A stretch of DNA of 64,000 nucleotides from an uncultured bacterium (GCA_902799955.1 CADCCQ010000027.1:7240-71239); one strand, 5' to 3'; counted from the first letter of the stretch, positions 54,879-64,000 are shown. Notes: generated by a model from the letters alone, not told the origin. Numbers and translations are program-made.

Positions 54879-56000
54879 ATGACAACCAGGTCATTCAGGC
54901 CGTCCGCGCTGGCCGCGCCGCTATTCGCGGCGCTCGCCGTCACGCGGGCGGCCTTCGCTTTGAATCTGCCGTCCGCGCCGTCGCCGCGCGTCAACATCGC
55001 CGGCATCGCCCACCTGCAGTTCGACGCCGCCGCGTTCGTCGAGGGCGTCCCGCTCGCGGTGAAGGGGCTTGCCATAATGCGCAATGCCGCCGCCAGGGAG
55101 GCGAAGCACAACGCCGAGCTCGCGGCGAAGGGGATCGCGGAGGTCCCGATGTCCCGCGCCGCCGTGAAGTACGACCTCGACACCCACGGCCTCGGGGACC
55201 TGCTCTTCGACGACTGGGGCGAGCTGTACATAGACCGCCGCTTCGTCACCGACGAGGAGATGAAGACGATACAGGAGATCGAGGCGTTCGTCTGGAACCA
55301 CATCCTCGGCCCGATGCAGCAGGCGGGGGTCCTCCCCTCGCAGCCGAAGGGGGCGAAGGGCAGGCCCGGCGCCGCGCCTGCGGTGCGCGCAGGCGTCCGC
55401 AAGCCGCGCGCCAGCGCGGGCGGCAAGGGGCTCCCCGTGTTCCGGGGCTTCGAGGACGCCCGCTACCAGCGGCACGACGCTCTCATAGCCAAGATGACCG
55501 CCGAGTTCAACGCCGACAAGGCGAAGTGGTGCGGCGGCACGACGAACCAGATTGCGAAGATCGCCGACCTCACGCCCGCGCAGGTGAAGTCCCACATGAT
55601 CGAGGAGTCCGGCGGCAACGGCCCGCGCTCCAAGGCCGCGTGGGCGGTGGACCCGCTCCAGGTGAACGTCCCGGGCGACTGGGGGCGCGAGAAGGAGCTC
55701 GTCGGGCTGGTCAAGCCAACGAAGCGCAACGAGGGCACGGCGGAGCAGAACGTCCGCGCCGCCATCATGTACCTTTCCCGCAAGGGGTTCGGCGCTTCCG
55801 GACGCCCCGCCTCCGAACGCCCGAAGGGCTTCTTCGACGGATGGCAGAAGGCCCTCCAGCGCTACAACGGACGCCGCGACCGCACGGACACCGACCGCTG
55901 GTACAGCGACGAATACGCGGACAAGATCATCCGCCGCGCAAACAACCCAGACCTGTTCGTCCCCATCGAGATCAAGCTCGCGGCGAAGAAGGCGAATTGA
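54879..56000 (+). CDS. secreted protein with C-terminal lysozyme-like (lytic transglycosylase-type) domain
   Basis: signal peptide; [36 protein letters not shown] resemble SLT motifs. Confidence 0.55.
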   Translation: MTTRSFRPSALAAPLFAALAVTRAAFALNLPSAPSPRVNIAGIAHLQFDAAAFVEGVPLAVKGLAIMRNAAAREAKHNAELAAKGIAEVPMSRAAVKYDLDTHGLGDLLFDDWGELYIDRRFVTDEEMKTIQEIEAFVWNHILGPMQQAGVLPSQPKGAKGRPGAAPAVRAGVRKPRASAGGKGLPVFRGFEDARYQRHDALIAKMTAEFNADKAKWCGGTTNQIAKIADLTPAQVKSHMIEESGGNGPRSKAAWAVDPLQVNVPGDWGREKELVGLVKPTKRNEGTAEQNVRAAIMYLSRKGFGASGRPASERPKGFFDGWQKALQRYNGRRDRTDTDRWYSDEYADKIIRRANNPDLFVPIEIKLAAKKAN

Positions 56001-56002
56001 AG

Positions 56003-56806
56003 ATGTGTCCGTCTGCTCGCAAGCCGCAAACGGGAATTGTCGCCGCAAGAGACATTGAGACGCCCCAGCCAATGAATAATTCCGCTATTCCACAATTCCA
56101 TAATTCCACAATTCCACAATCTCAAACGGGAATTGTCGCCGCAAGAGCCATCGAGACGCCCCAGCCAATGAATAATTCCGCTATTCCACAATTCCATAAT
56201 TCCACAATTCCACAATCTCAAACGGTGATCCTCGCCGCGGGTTCGTTTCCCCGCAAGGGCGGCGTGCCCTGGCGCATCCTCGCGTCCGCCGGGCGCGTCG
56301 TCTGCTGCGACGGTGCCGCGGACGCTTACAGCCGCCGGTTCGGCAGGGAGCCCGATGTTGTCGTCGGCGACTGCGACTCCCTCCGTGGACGCTTCCGCAA
56401 CGTGGTGAAGGTCGCCGAGCAGGAGACGAACGACCTCTGCAAGGCGTATCGCCACTGCGTCTCAAATGGCTGGTCCGACCCAGTCGTCCTCGGCGCGACC
56501 GGCAGGCGCGAAGACCACACCCTCGCCAACGTCTTCCTCGCGCTCGACCTGGGACTGACCGTTGTCACGGACTATGGGCGCTTCGTCCCAGTCGAAGGCG
56601 ACGCCGCGTTCCATGTCGGCGTCGGCACCCCGATCTCCGTCTTCGCCCCAGACCCCGCGACGCGCATGACCTCCAGGGGCCTTGAATGGCCGCTTGACGG
56701 ACACGTCTTCGCGAACCTCTATTCCGCCGCCCTCAACCGCGCTTCGGCGGAGATTGTGGAGCTCGTCTCTTCGCAGAGGGTGTATGTGTACGTGGCGTTC
56801 GCCTGA
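56003..56806 (+). CDS. thiN: thiamine diphosphokinase with repeat-derived N-terminal extension
   Basis: VCCDGAAD, VVGDCDS, EQETNDLCKA, LGATGRREDHTLAN, GLEWPL; start uncertain (56003, 56072 or 56168). Confidence 0.88.
   Translation: MCPSARKPQTGIVAARDIETPQPMNNSAIPQFHNSTIPQSQTGIVAARAIETPQPMNNSAIPQFHNSTIPQSQTVILAAGSFPRKGGVPWRILASAGRVVCCDGAADAYSRRFGREPDVVVGDCDSLRGRFRNVVKVAEQETNDLCKAYRHCVSNGWSDPVVLGATGRREDHTLANVFLALDLGLTVVTDYGRFVPVEGDAAFHVGVGTPISVFAPDPATRMTSRGLEWPLDGHVFANLYSAALNRASAEIVELVSSQRVYVYVAFA
56027..56225. repeat. 96-bp tandem duplication containing AATTCCA(C/T) octamers
   Basis: copies start at 56027 and 56123, third CAAACGG at 56219; two substitutions between copies. Confidence 0.92.
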
Positions 56807-56862
56807 AATCAGCTAGGGATTTTGTTTGCGCGTTGCGCAGACGCAAAGGCTCTGCTAGGCCT

Positions 56863-56925
56863 ATTCCCTCATTTCCCTCAATTCCTCTATTCCATAATTG
56901 CATAATTCCACAATTCCATAATTTC
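56863..56925. repeat. AATTCCA(C/T)-type octamer array
   Basis: reverse complement of the 29711-29767 octamer family. Confidence 0.8.
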
Positions 56926-56970
56926 AAAGTGTTGCGGGGTCTGTCCCCACGGGGTTGGCTCGGCGTAATA

Positions 56971-57022
56971 GTACAACGGGCAGCCTGCCCTTTGCGGTGA
57001 ACGGGCTAGCAGCCCGTTCTAC
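56971..57022. repeat. inverted pair of GTAG-type REP-like palindromes
   Basis: GTACAACGGGC-AGCCT-GCCCTTT on + and GTAGAACGGGC-TGCTA-GCCCGTT on -. Confidence 0.6.
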
Positions 57023-57155
57023 GAACCTTTCACTGTTTCCACATAAATTATGCCGTGCGCTCAAGTTTTATTATTTTTCCTCTTGCGGCAAGGTATAAAA
57101 CTGTGATATAATATCTACTGTCAGGCCGAGAGGGGGCTGGCAAAAGGAAGAAATC

Positions 57156-57451
57156 ATGCCTGTAGAGACATTGACATTGCCGAAAGACATCGTCGCGGCG
57201 GCGCGAGCGTATGCCGCCCGCGAGGAAAAAGCATTGTTGAGCTGTTCACGGACTGGCTGAAGCAGAGCTTCGGCTTCTGCCGCGTTAATGTCGTTGACCA
57301 TGCGACTCATCGTCATGAGATGATGGACGGGCTTGATCCACATGTTCAAGCTCTGTACGGAAGTCTTCGCCTTCCACCAGAATTTGAGGGGAAGTCAGAC
57401 GATGAATTTAAAGGTGAATACTTCAAGGAAAAATATGGAGTGTTCACGTGA
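57156..57451 (+). pseudogene. frameshifted antitoxin-like gene (DUF6364/RHH-like)
   Basis: MPVETLTLPKDIVAAARAYAAREEK, then SIVELFTDWL..LPPEF..EYFKEKYG if one A is restored at A5 57226-30; TTGCGG-N18-TATAAT and AAGGA upstream. Confidence 0.6.
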
Positions 57452-57472
57452 AGATATTTCTGACTTTGGGGG

Positions 57473-57501
57473 TTGCAATTGGGATTTTTTTCTGATATAA
57501 T
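57473..57501 (+). promoter_or_regulatory. sigma70-type promoter
   Basis: TTGCAA-N17-TATAAT with TGn. Confidence 0.65.
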
Positions 57502-57563
57502 GTTCTGCAACGGTGGAAAAGGTTTCTGCCGGAATGCAAAGTGACCATGCAGAAGGAGACCAA

Positions 57564-60500
57564 ATGCTAAATATCAGAAATCGCAGGGGGTCGGGTAGGA
57601 TTGCAAGTTATATTTGCACCGCGTTTGCAATCGCAATTGGCGCGTCGCAAATCGCAACGGCGGCAACTACGCAGTCGTTCCTTTTTTATGGGCAGAGTAG
57701 CGGTAAAAGCTATTGGAGCGATGGAAGTTCATGGCGTTACACTAATGGAGGTTCCAGTTCCAGCGGCAATTGGAAAACAACGAGTGGCAATCCGGGTGGA
57801 TTTGATTATGATGTATATTTTCGGTCGCCTATGAAAGCGCCGAACAACAACTCGTGTTCCTACAACAGCAGTTGGGACCATGAGGTGACTTTTTCTGGTG
57901 CAGAACGAATAGGAAAAACGGCCACTTCTGGTCAACCCCTGCACATTGACGCGGGGTCGTCCGCTGCAAATCCAATCGTGTTCACTGCCACGCAGAGCGA
58001 TTACGGGTTGACGAGCAGCAGCACTCTGAACATCGCAGAAGAGGCGGATGGATATCTGACGATCGATTCGGGGACCTACTCGTTCGGTTATGTTATTCTG
58101 GGCAATGGTTCAGGCAAGACCGGCGTACTGACGATGAACGGCGGAACGTTGAAGATCCTGAGTAATTATACACGTCTCGGGAATAACGGCAGTATGGGAA
58201 TATTGACAGTAAAGACCGGCGCGGTCTTCGACACCAGCGAAGCCTCCGGCAACGGTAAGAACATGACGCTTGGACAGTCAGGCGGTTCGACCGGAATATT
58301 GAATGTCGAGGGCGGCGACGTGACGATTGCCGGTAATCTTAACGTAAACTACAATGGCAGCTCGAAAAACTCCGCCGTAAACATTACGGACGGAGGCGTT
58401 CTTACCGTTGGTAACATAACTTTTGGCGGAACAGTCGCGAATACGGTAACAATCGACAACGGCACAATCAAGGCGCATAACGACCATGCGAACTTCATCC
58501 CCGATAATTCCATCCTGACGTTCACTGTCGGCGCGGGTGGCGGTACTATCGACAACAACGGTTACAGTATCACCATCGGCGCGGCGATTGGCGGCACAGG
58601 CGGCATGACGTTCAAGGGCAACGGCACGACAACGCTGAACGGAACCCCGTCCTACACCGGTGGCACGACGAACGTTGCAGGGACTGTCCTTTCGCTCACA
58701 GCAGCGGCCAAGGCCGCGCTCGTAGCATATCCTATCGCCGTCGAGATTCCCCCTGAGGGCGCGGCCGATGGCAGGTCGGTGTTTGAAATCAACGACGGCA
58801 ACGGCACGTTCACGCAGGCCGAGGTGGATGCGATGGTGGTTACGGGAACCAATGTGAGCCGCTACAGACTGGCCCTTGCAGACAACGGCGCGAAGGTCGT
58901 CGTCGCGGACACTCTCGCGGGCGAATACATATGGAACGACGGCGCGTCCGGCGCGAGCTGGCGCGCGACCGGCAAGTGGTCGAAAAACGGCGTCGCGGGC
59001 GACTGGTACGATTCGACGGCTGCGGTGTTCGCGAATGCAGGCGACAAGGCGACGGTCGATTCAGCGGTCACGGCGGCGGCCGTCACGTTCCGCGCCGATG
59101 CGACAGTTGACGGTTCGGCGATGCTTACAGTTCCTGTGGTTGCCGTGTCCAACGGCGTCTCGGCGGCCATCAATGCACCTCTGGCGGGCACGGTCGAAAA
59201 GATCGGTGCTGGAACGCTGACGCTCTCGCAGAGCCGCACGGAAAAGACGGTTGTCACGGAAGGAGCGCTTGTCATGTCCGGCGCCGGTGCGACAATCCCT
59301 TGGGACAGTGTCTTGCTCGGCACAGAGGCAGGGAAGACGGCCGTCCTGAAATTCGAGAACGGCGCCACGCTTGCGTCCAGCCCGTGGAACATAAGCCTTG
59401 GACATGACACCAGTGGGTCTGTTGGCGAAGGCGTCACGGTTGAGCTGTACAAAGACGGCGACGACTGGAATGTGAGAAACAGATTCACGATTGGCTGGAA
59501 CAGCGGCGATGCCGGCAAGTTCTACCACAACGGCGGTTCCATGACTGTTGCCGAGCAGTTCAGGGTGAGTTCCCAGGTGGATTCTTCCGGCGAGTTCACG
59601 ATGAACGGCGGAAACGTGACCGTGAGCAACAACCTGTACGTCGGTTGCAATCAGGATGTGGCGAAGGGCGTGTTCAACATGAACGGAGGCTCGTTCACCT
59701 GCATTGGCACGACGTATGTTCCGTTCTCCAAGAACAACTATCCCTCCGAACTTCACATAAACGGCGGAACCTTCAAGGCCGTCGGCACGTTCATCGCCGG
59801 CAACGGACACAGTGCGTCCGAGGCCGTGATAGACCTAAATGCATCCGGCGATTCGTATGGCGTACTTGAGACGAAAGGCCTGACATTAGGGAGCGGAAGT
59901 GCTACGCTGACATTCAACGGCGGCGAGTTGAAGGCGGTTGGAGATTTGGAGTCCAGCGGACTGATCGACGGCGGGATTACGGTGCGCGTCGGCGCAAACG
60001 GCGGAGTCGTCAACGCAAACGGCAAGTCCGTTTCGATCCCTGCGGCAATCGGAGCCGTCGGCGACACGGGCGGGATGACATACAAGGGCGGCGGAACGAT
60101 TACGCTTTCCGCCCAGCCCGCCTACTCCGGCACGACGACTGTTGAGCTTGGAACGACGCTCGTCGTTCCCTCCGCAATTGCGGGCGCAAACCTCGTGATT
60201 ACAGTTCCCGAAGTCCTTGATCTTGCCACTGGTTTTTACAAGGTCGTCGCAGTCTCCGGCGACGGAGCGTTCGCAAGCGACGTCCTTTCCTCAGCGACGC
60301 TTCCTTCGGGCTTGAACGCCCGTTTCTCCCTCGAAAACGGCGGCAAGGAAATCTGGTGCTATTATTTGGCCGATGTCAGCGACCACGTTTGGATCGGCGG
60401 ATCGGAGGGAAGTCTTAACGAAGGCGCGAACTGGCTCTCGGGAAGCGTCCCAGAAAGCGGAACGGCAATAATCGGAAATCCTGTCGCGGCGGCGTTGACA

Positions 60501-61958
60501 AACCCCGAGGGGAGTTACTTTGCGGCGACGACGATTATCGTTCCGAACGGTTCCGCGCCCGTGACGATTTCCGGTGCGAAGTTCTCCAATGTGTCAAGTG
60601 TCACGAACAACTCTTCGAGTACAATCGAATTCGAGAACGCCGTCGAGTTCTCTGGCAATGTCGATGTGGTGCAGAGTACGGGTGCGGTCAAGTTCACCGG
60701 CGGCGCAACTGGCACTTGGCTTGCGAGAGCCACCGACATCCACGGTACCTACAACTTCACCGGTTCCGGCGATAGGACTGAACATGGCGGAACGACAGTG
60801 AAGAGCGATGGCGTTTACAATCTTCCCAACGCCACGTTCTACAAGCACAACGGCGACTTCCACATGGAAGCTGGCAGCCGGGCCGAAGTGAAAGCCGCGA
60901 AGATTCGCACTAAGGATTCCGATAAGAAACTTCTTGGCACTTTCAATGGTGAATTCAAGGTCAATGGCGAATTCGTGGTGTCTGCGCCTGATGGGGATAA
61001 TCCGACGCATTATACCTGTAGTAGCGGCAACGGCACGTTCATTGTAGACAAGATTCGCGTTAACCAGAACGCTTGCATCGTTCCATGCAATAAGACGATC
61101 ATGGGGCCAGGTGGAATTATTCGCGGGGCCGGCTATGTCCGTGTCGTGAACTCTGGCTCTCACGAGTTCGGCTCTTACGCAGACTGGACGATGTATTATA
61201 ACAATCTCGGCAACACGACAACACCCAATTTTGTGCTCTACAAGCGCAGCAGTTCGGGCTCATGGTCAACCGTTACGTTTGACACGACCGACTACTACGA
61301 CAATACGGTTGGTCGCACAATCACGAGCGAGGCGCAGATCGGCGCGGAGGATGCCGCATCGGCGGCGAAGTTTGGCGTGACGGTGAAGGGCATCGGCAAG
61401 TTCGTCTTCGCAAACACGCATGATGACGCAGCTGATGACAAAAAAATCTTCTCCGGCGGGTTGACAGTCACCAATTCCGCGACGGTCGAGGTTATGGCAA
61501 ACTCCTGTCCGGGGACGGGCCCCGTCACGCTGAACGGCACCTCCACGCTTCTCCTGCATACGGGCGGCAACAAGGCGCGGACAGGTGTGATTGTGGTCAA
61601 CGACGGCGCGACGCTGAAAGTCGCGGAGTCCGGCACCGTCAAGCTTGGCGGCGATCTGAGACTCAACGACGGCGCGACGTTGGCGTTCAACTTCACGGAT
61701 CGCAAGAATGCCCCCTTCCTCGATTTGACGGACGGGTCGGTGACGTTCGGCACCGAGGCGCAAGTCAAGGTGTCGCTTTCCGGAGCGCGTCCTAATGGCG
61801 GAAGACACATCCTCACCTCTGGCAGCCAGATTGAGGGCATGGCGTCCTTCGTCAAGGCGGACGATTGCCCGAAATGGGTGAAAAGGTTTGGCGTTGACGG
61901 CGACGGCAACCTCTACGCCGAAGTATTCGCGAACGGCATGGTGATTATCTGCCAGTGA
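57564..61958 (+). CDS. large secreted Gly/Thr/Asn-rich protein with autotransporter-associated beta-strand repeats
   Basis: GGMTFKGNGTTTL..SYTGGT, VEKIGAGTLTLS, GGMTYKGGGTITLS..YSGTT, FSGGLTV; AAGGAG RBS before ATG 57564; no C-terminal beta-barrel. Confidence 0.8.
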   Translation: MLNIRNRRGSGRIASYICTAFAIAIGASQIATAATTQSFLFYGQSSGKSYWSDGSSWRYTNGGSSSSGNWKTTSGNPGGFDYDVYFRSPMKAPNNNSCSYNSSWDHEVTFSGAERIGKTATSGQPLHIDAGSSAANPIVFTATQSDYGLTSSSTLNIAEEADGYLTIDSGTYSFGYVILGNGSGKTGVLTMNGGTLKILSNYTRLGNNGSMGILTVKTGAVFDTSEASGNGKNMTLGQSGGSTGILNVEGGDVTIAGNLNVNYNGSSKNSAVNITDGGVLTVGNITFGGTVANTVTIDNGTIKAHNDHANFIPDNSILTFTVGAGGGTIDNNGYSITIGAAIGGTGGMTFKGNGTTTLNGTPSYTGGTTNVAGTVLSLTAAAKAALVAYPIAVEIPPEGAADGRSVFEINDGNGTFTQAEVDAMVVTGTNVSRYRLALADNGAKVVVADTLAGEYIWNDGASGASWRATGKWSKNGVAGDWYDSTAAVFANAGDKATVDSAVTAAAVTFRADATVDGSAMLTVPVVAVSNGVSAAINAPLAGTVEKIGAGTLTLSQSRTEKTVVTEGALVMSGAGATIPWDSVLLGTEAGKTAVLKFENGATLASSPWNISLGHDTSGSVGEGVTVELYKDGDDWNVRNRFTIGWNSGDAGKFYHNGGSMTVAEQFRVSSQVDSSGEFTMNGGNVTVSNNLYVGCNQDVAKGVFNMNGGSFTCIGTTYVPFSKNNYPSELHINGGTFKAVGTFIAGNGHSASEAVIDLNASGDSYGVLETKGLTLGSGSATLTFNGGELKAVGDLESSGLIDGGITVRVGANGGVVNANGKSVSIPAAIGAVGDTGGMTYKGGGTITLSAQPAYSGTTTVELGTTLVVPSAIAGANLVITVPEVLDLATGFYKVVAVSGDGAFASDVLSSATLPSGLNARFSLENGGKEIWCYYLADVSDHVWIGGSEGSLNEGANWLSGSVPESGTAIIGNPVAAALTNPEGSYFAATTIIVPNGSAPVTISGAKFSNVSSVTNNSSSTIEFENAVEFSGNVDVVQSTGAVKFTGGATGTWLARATDIHGTYNFTGSGDRTEHGGTTVKSDGVYNLPNATFYKHNGDFHMEAGSRAEVKAAKIRTKDSDKKLLGTFNGEFKVNGEFVVSAPDGDNPTHYTCSSGNGTFIVDKIRVNQNACIVPCNKTIMGPGGIIRGAGYVRVVNSGSHEFGSYADWTMYYNNLGNTTTPNFVLYKRSSSGSWSTVTFDTTDYYDNTVGRTITSEAQIGAEDAASAAKFGVTVKGIGKFVFANTHDDAADDKKIFSGGLTVTNSATVEVMANSCPGTGPVTLNGTSTLLLHTGGNKARTGVIVVNDGATLKVAESGTVKLGGDLRLNDGATLAFNFTDRKNAPFLDLTDGSVTFGTEAQVKVSLSGARPNGGRHILTSGSQIEGMASFVKADDCPKWVKRFGVDGDGNLYAEVFANGMVIICQ

Positions 61959-61959
61959 A

Positions 61960-63117
61960 ATGACAAAGGCCACTGCGATATTTGCATTGGCTACGGCGGC
62001 GGCGCTATCTGCGTCCGCCGCCTTTGACGCTACCTTCCAGGTGCGGACGGCAAGCTACAACATCAGGTGCCAGACGACAGAAAGCGACAGCACGAACAAC
62101 TGGGACAACCGCAAGGTCGACTTCATCAATCTCGTAAAGACCATCGCGCCGGACGTCGTCGGATTTCAGGAGGTGAAAAACGCCCAGTACACGTATCTAA
62201 GAGGGCAGCTGTCCGACTATACATTCGTCGGCGAGATGCGTGCCGGCGGCTCCAACCCCGAGGCGACGCCAGTCGCGTTCCGCACAAGCCGCTTCGCGTT
62301 GCTAGACAGCGGGACGTTCTGGCTTTCTGCGACGCCGAACGTCTCCGGCTCGACGGCGTGGGGCAACGGCATCGAGGATTCTGGTTATCCGCGAATCTGC
62401 TCGTGGACGCTTTTGAAGGACAGGACGAGCGGAGGCGTGTTCTGCTTCGCCTCGACTCATCTGGACCTCAATGCCGGGCCGCGCCTGGCGGGGATACGCC
62501 TTATCCTTTCGCTGCTCGTTGCGAAGTACGAGGCCGTGGATGTCCCGGTTGTCCTTGTCGGCGATATGAACGCCCTGGAGACGGAGGATTCCATGTTTGA
62601 AGCGTCGATTGCCATGCAAGACGCGCTTCTCGTCTCGAAGACCACGCCGACCGGCTCGTGGCGCACCTTCAACGGTTTCAGCTGGAAAGACGACGAAGTC
62701 TCCAGCGCGAGCGCGCTTGCCGACTACACGGCGGCACAGCGGTCGGCGAACGTGGCGACGCTTGGCAAGCGGATTGACTACATCTTCACGTCGTTCGGGG
62801 CGGAGGTTGAGTCGTTCGCGACGCGCAACGACGCAAGGCCGGGGAAGCAGTACTATCCGAGCGACCACTATCCCGTTGTCGCCGATCTGCGACTCCCACG
62901 CGCGAACAGCTTTTACACCGGCAAGGTACGCATCGAGATCGGCAAGAGCGTGGAGCGCGTCGGCCATGGGCGGTATGTCCTTACGCGAGGGGCGAATCTG
63001 CCAAACGCCGACAATCTCGAGTTCGTGCTTCCCAATTGGGTCGAACGCGCGGCGGTGGAGGACGGCGAGATCGTGATCTACGCCAAGCCCGCCCCGTTCT
63101 TCCTGAGGATCAGGTGA
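61960..63117 (+). CDS. secreted endonuclease/exonuclease/phosphatase (EEP) family protein
   Basis: SYNIR, PDVVGFQE, GTFWLS, STHLD, GDMN, RIDYIF, PSDHYPV; extra ~70-aa C-terminal module. Confidence 0.9.
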   Translation: MTKATAIFALATAAALSASAAFDATFQVRTASYNIRCQTTESDSTNNWDNRKVDFINLVKTIAPDVVGFQEVKNAQYTYLRGQLSDYTFVGEMRAGGSNPEATPVAFRTSRFALLDSGTFWLSATPNVSGSTAWGNGIEDSGYPRICSWTLLKDRTSGGVFCFASTHLDLNAGPRLAGIRLILSLLVAKYEAVDVPVVLVGDMNALETEDSMFEASIAMQDALLVSKTTPTGSWRTFNGFSWKDDEVSSASALADYTAAQRSANVATLGKRIDYIFTSFGAEVESFATRNDARPGKQYYPSDHYPVVADLRLPRANSFYTGKVRIEIGKSVERVGHGRYVLTRGANLPNADNLEFVLPNWVERAAVEDGEIVIYAKPAPFFLRIR

Positions 63118-63169
63118 TTCGACAAATAATCCCTAGCGGAAATTGGATGTTTGTGGTAAAATATTCATC

Positions 63170-63763
63170 ATGAAAACGAATACAACAATACTTGTCGTTG
63201 CGACCGCGTTGACAGCGGCGGTCGCGTCCGCCCAGGGAGTGGTCGTTCCGGCACCCGTAGCGCCGCATCCTGTAGCGCACAGGACCGTTCTGCCCAACGG
63301 GACGGTGATGCCCGTCGGCGCGAAGATATGTTCCCACTGCGGAGGCACTGGCGTGCGTGAGCACACCTTCAAGAGGGATACTAAATGCCGCCACTGCGAT
63401 GGCTACGGCTATCGCATGAACGATTCCGTCGTGGTAGTGCCGCCCCCGCCCCCGAAGCCGGCGGTCGTCGTCCCGCCGCCGCCGAAGCCCGTGGTCGTCG
63501 CGCCTCCCGCTCCAGTCGTGACGCCGTCGGCGCCGGTGGTCGTTGCGCCTCCGCCGCCGCGCCGCCCCGTGGGGACGGTTCTCCCCAACGGGACGGTCAT
63601 GCCAGTCGGCGCGAAGATATGCTCCCACTGCGGCGGCACCGGCATACGCGAGCACACCTTCAAGGACAAGAAGTGCCACCACTGCAACGGCTACGGCTAC
63701 CGCACGAAGGACGACTTCGACGAGCCGAGTCCGCACAAGAAGCACTCTAAACACCACCATTGA
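63170..63763 (+). CDS. secreted Pro/Val-rich protein with duplicated CxxCxGxG zinc-finger-like domains
   Basis: signal peptide; two copies of [23 protein letters not shown]..KCxHCxGYGYR; His-rich tail. Confidence 0.7.
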   Translation: MKTNTTILVVATALTAAVASAQGVVVPAPVAPHPVAHRTVLPNGTVMPVGAKICSHCGGTGVREHTFKRDTKCRHCDGYGYRMNDSVVVVPPPPPKPAVVVPPPPKPVVVAPPAPVVTPSAPVVVAPPPPRRPVGTVLPNGTVMPVGAKICSHCGGTGIREHTFKDKKCHHCNGYGYRTKDDFDEPSPHKKHSKHHH

Positions 63764-63774
63764 TCCAAAACGCC

Positions 63775-64000
63775 ATGAAGTGGACTAAGACTCTCATACA
63801 GACGCTCCGCGAGAACCCCGGCGACGCGGAGATAGATTCGCACAAGCTGTTGATCCGCGCCGGGCTTGCAAGGAAGGTCGCCGGCGGGCTCTACGCCTAC
63901 CTTCCGCTCGGCATGAGGTCGCTGAAGAAGATCCAGCAGATCGTCCGCGAGGAGATGGACCGCGCGGGCGCGCAAGAGATCGTCTCGCCGATCCTCCAGC
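63775..64000 (+). CDS. proS: proline--tRNA ligase (5' part, runs off window)
   Basis: [54 protein letters not shown]. Confidence 0.93.
   Translation, partial: MKWTKTLIQTLRENPGDAEIDSHKLLIRAGLARKVAGGLYAYLPLGMRSLKKIQQIVREEMDRAGAQEIVSPILQ

Overview
High-GC chromosomal window. The secreted-protein repertoire (HzsA-like di-heme beta-propellers, autotransporter-strand and BspA repeat proteins, PVC-type C-terminal domains) suggests a PVC-superphylum bacterium such as Kiritimatiellota; this is inference only. Housekeeping genes: secA-ispD-metallophosphoesterase-gyrB-tyrS-lptF-lpxA-TetR, rbfA-truB-ribF, tRNA-Ser/tRNA-Gly, rph, a doubly frameshifted stand-alone fusA, thiN and the start of proS. Between them lie many large exported proteins. 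Most notable: (1) a four-gene envelope locus of a parvulin-like lipoprotein, two giant surface proteins sharing a C-terminal domain (one with two thioredoxin CxxC motifs) and an O-antigen-ligase-like membrane protein; (2) three tandem HzsA-like di-heme proteins, the middle one apparently chimeric; (3) a dispersed intergenic element made of a ~120-bp two-hairpin module with a compensatory base change and a 75-bp unit ending in an extended -10 box; (4) a 245-bp array of 27 CTAG palindromes beside GGAATT octamer arrays; (5) two shared C-terminal modules on unrelated secreted proteins that may be sorting signals; (6) apparent leaderless transcription and a decayed toxin-antitoxin pair. No integrase, transposase, CRISPR array or rRNA was seen. 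All calls come from reading motifs by eye; no searches were run.
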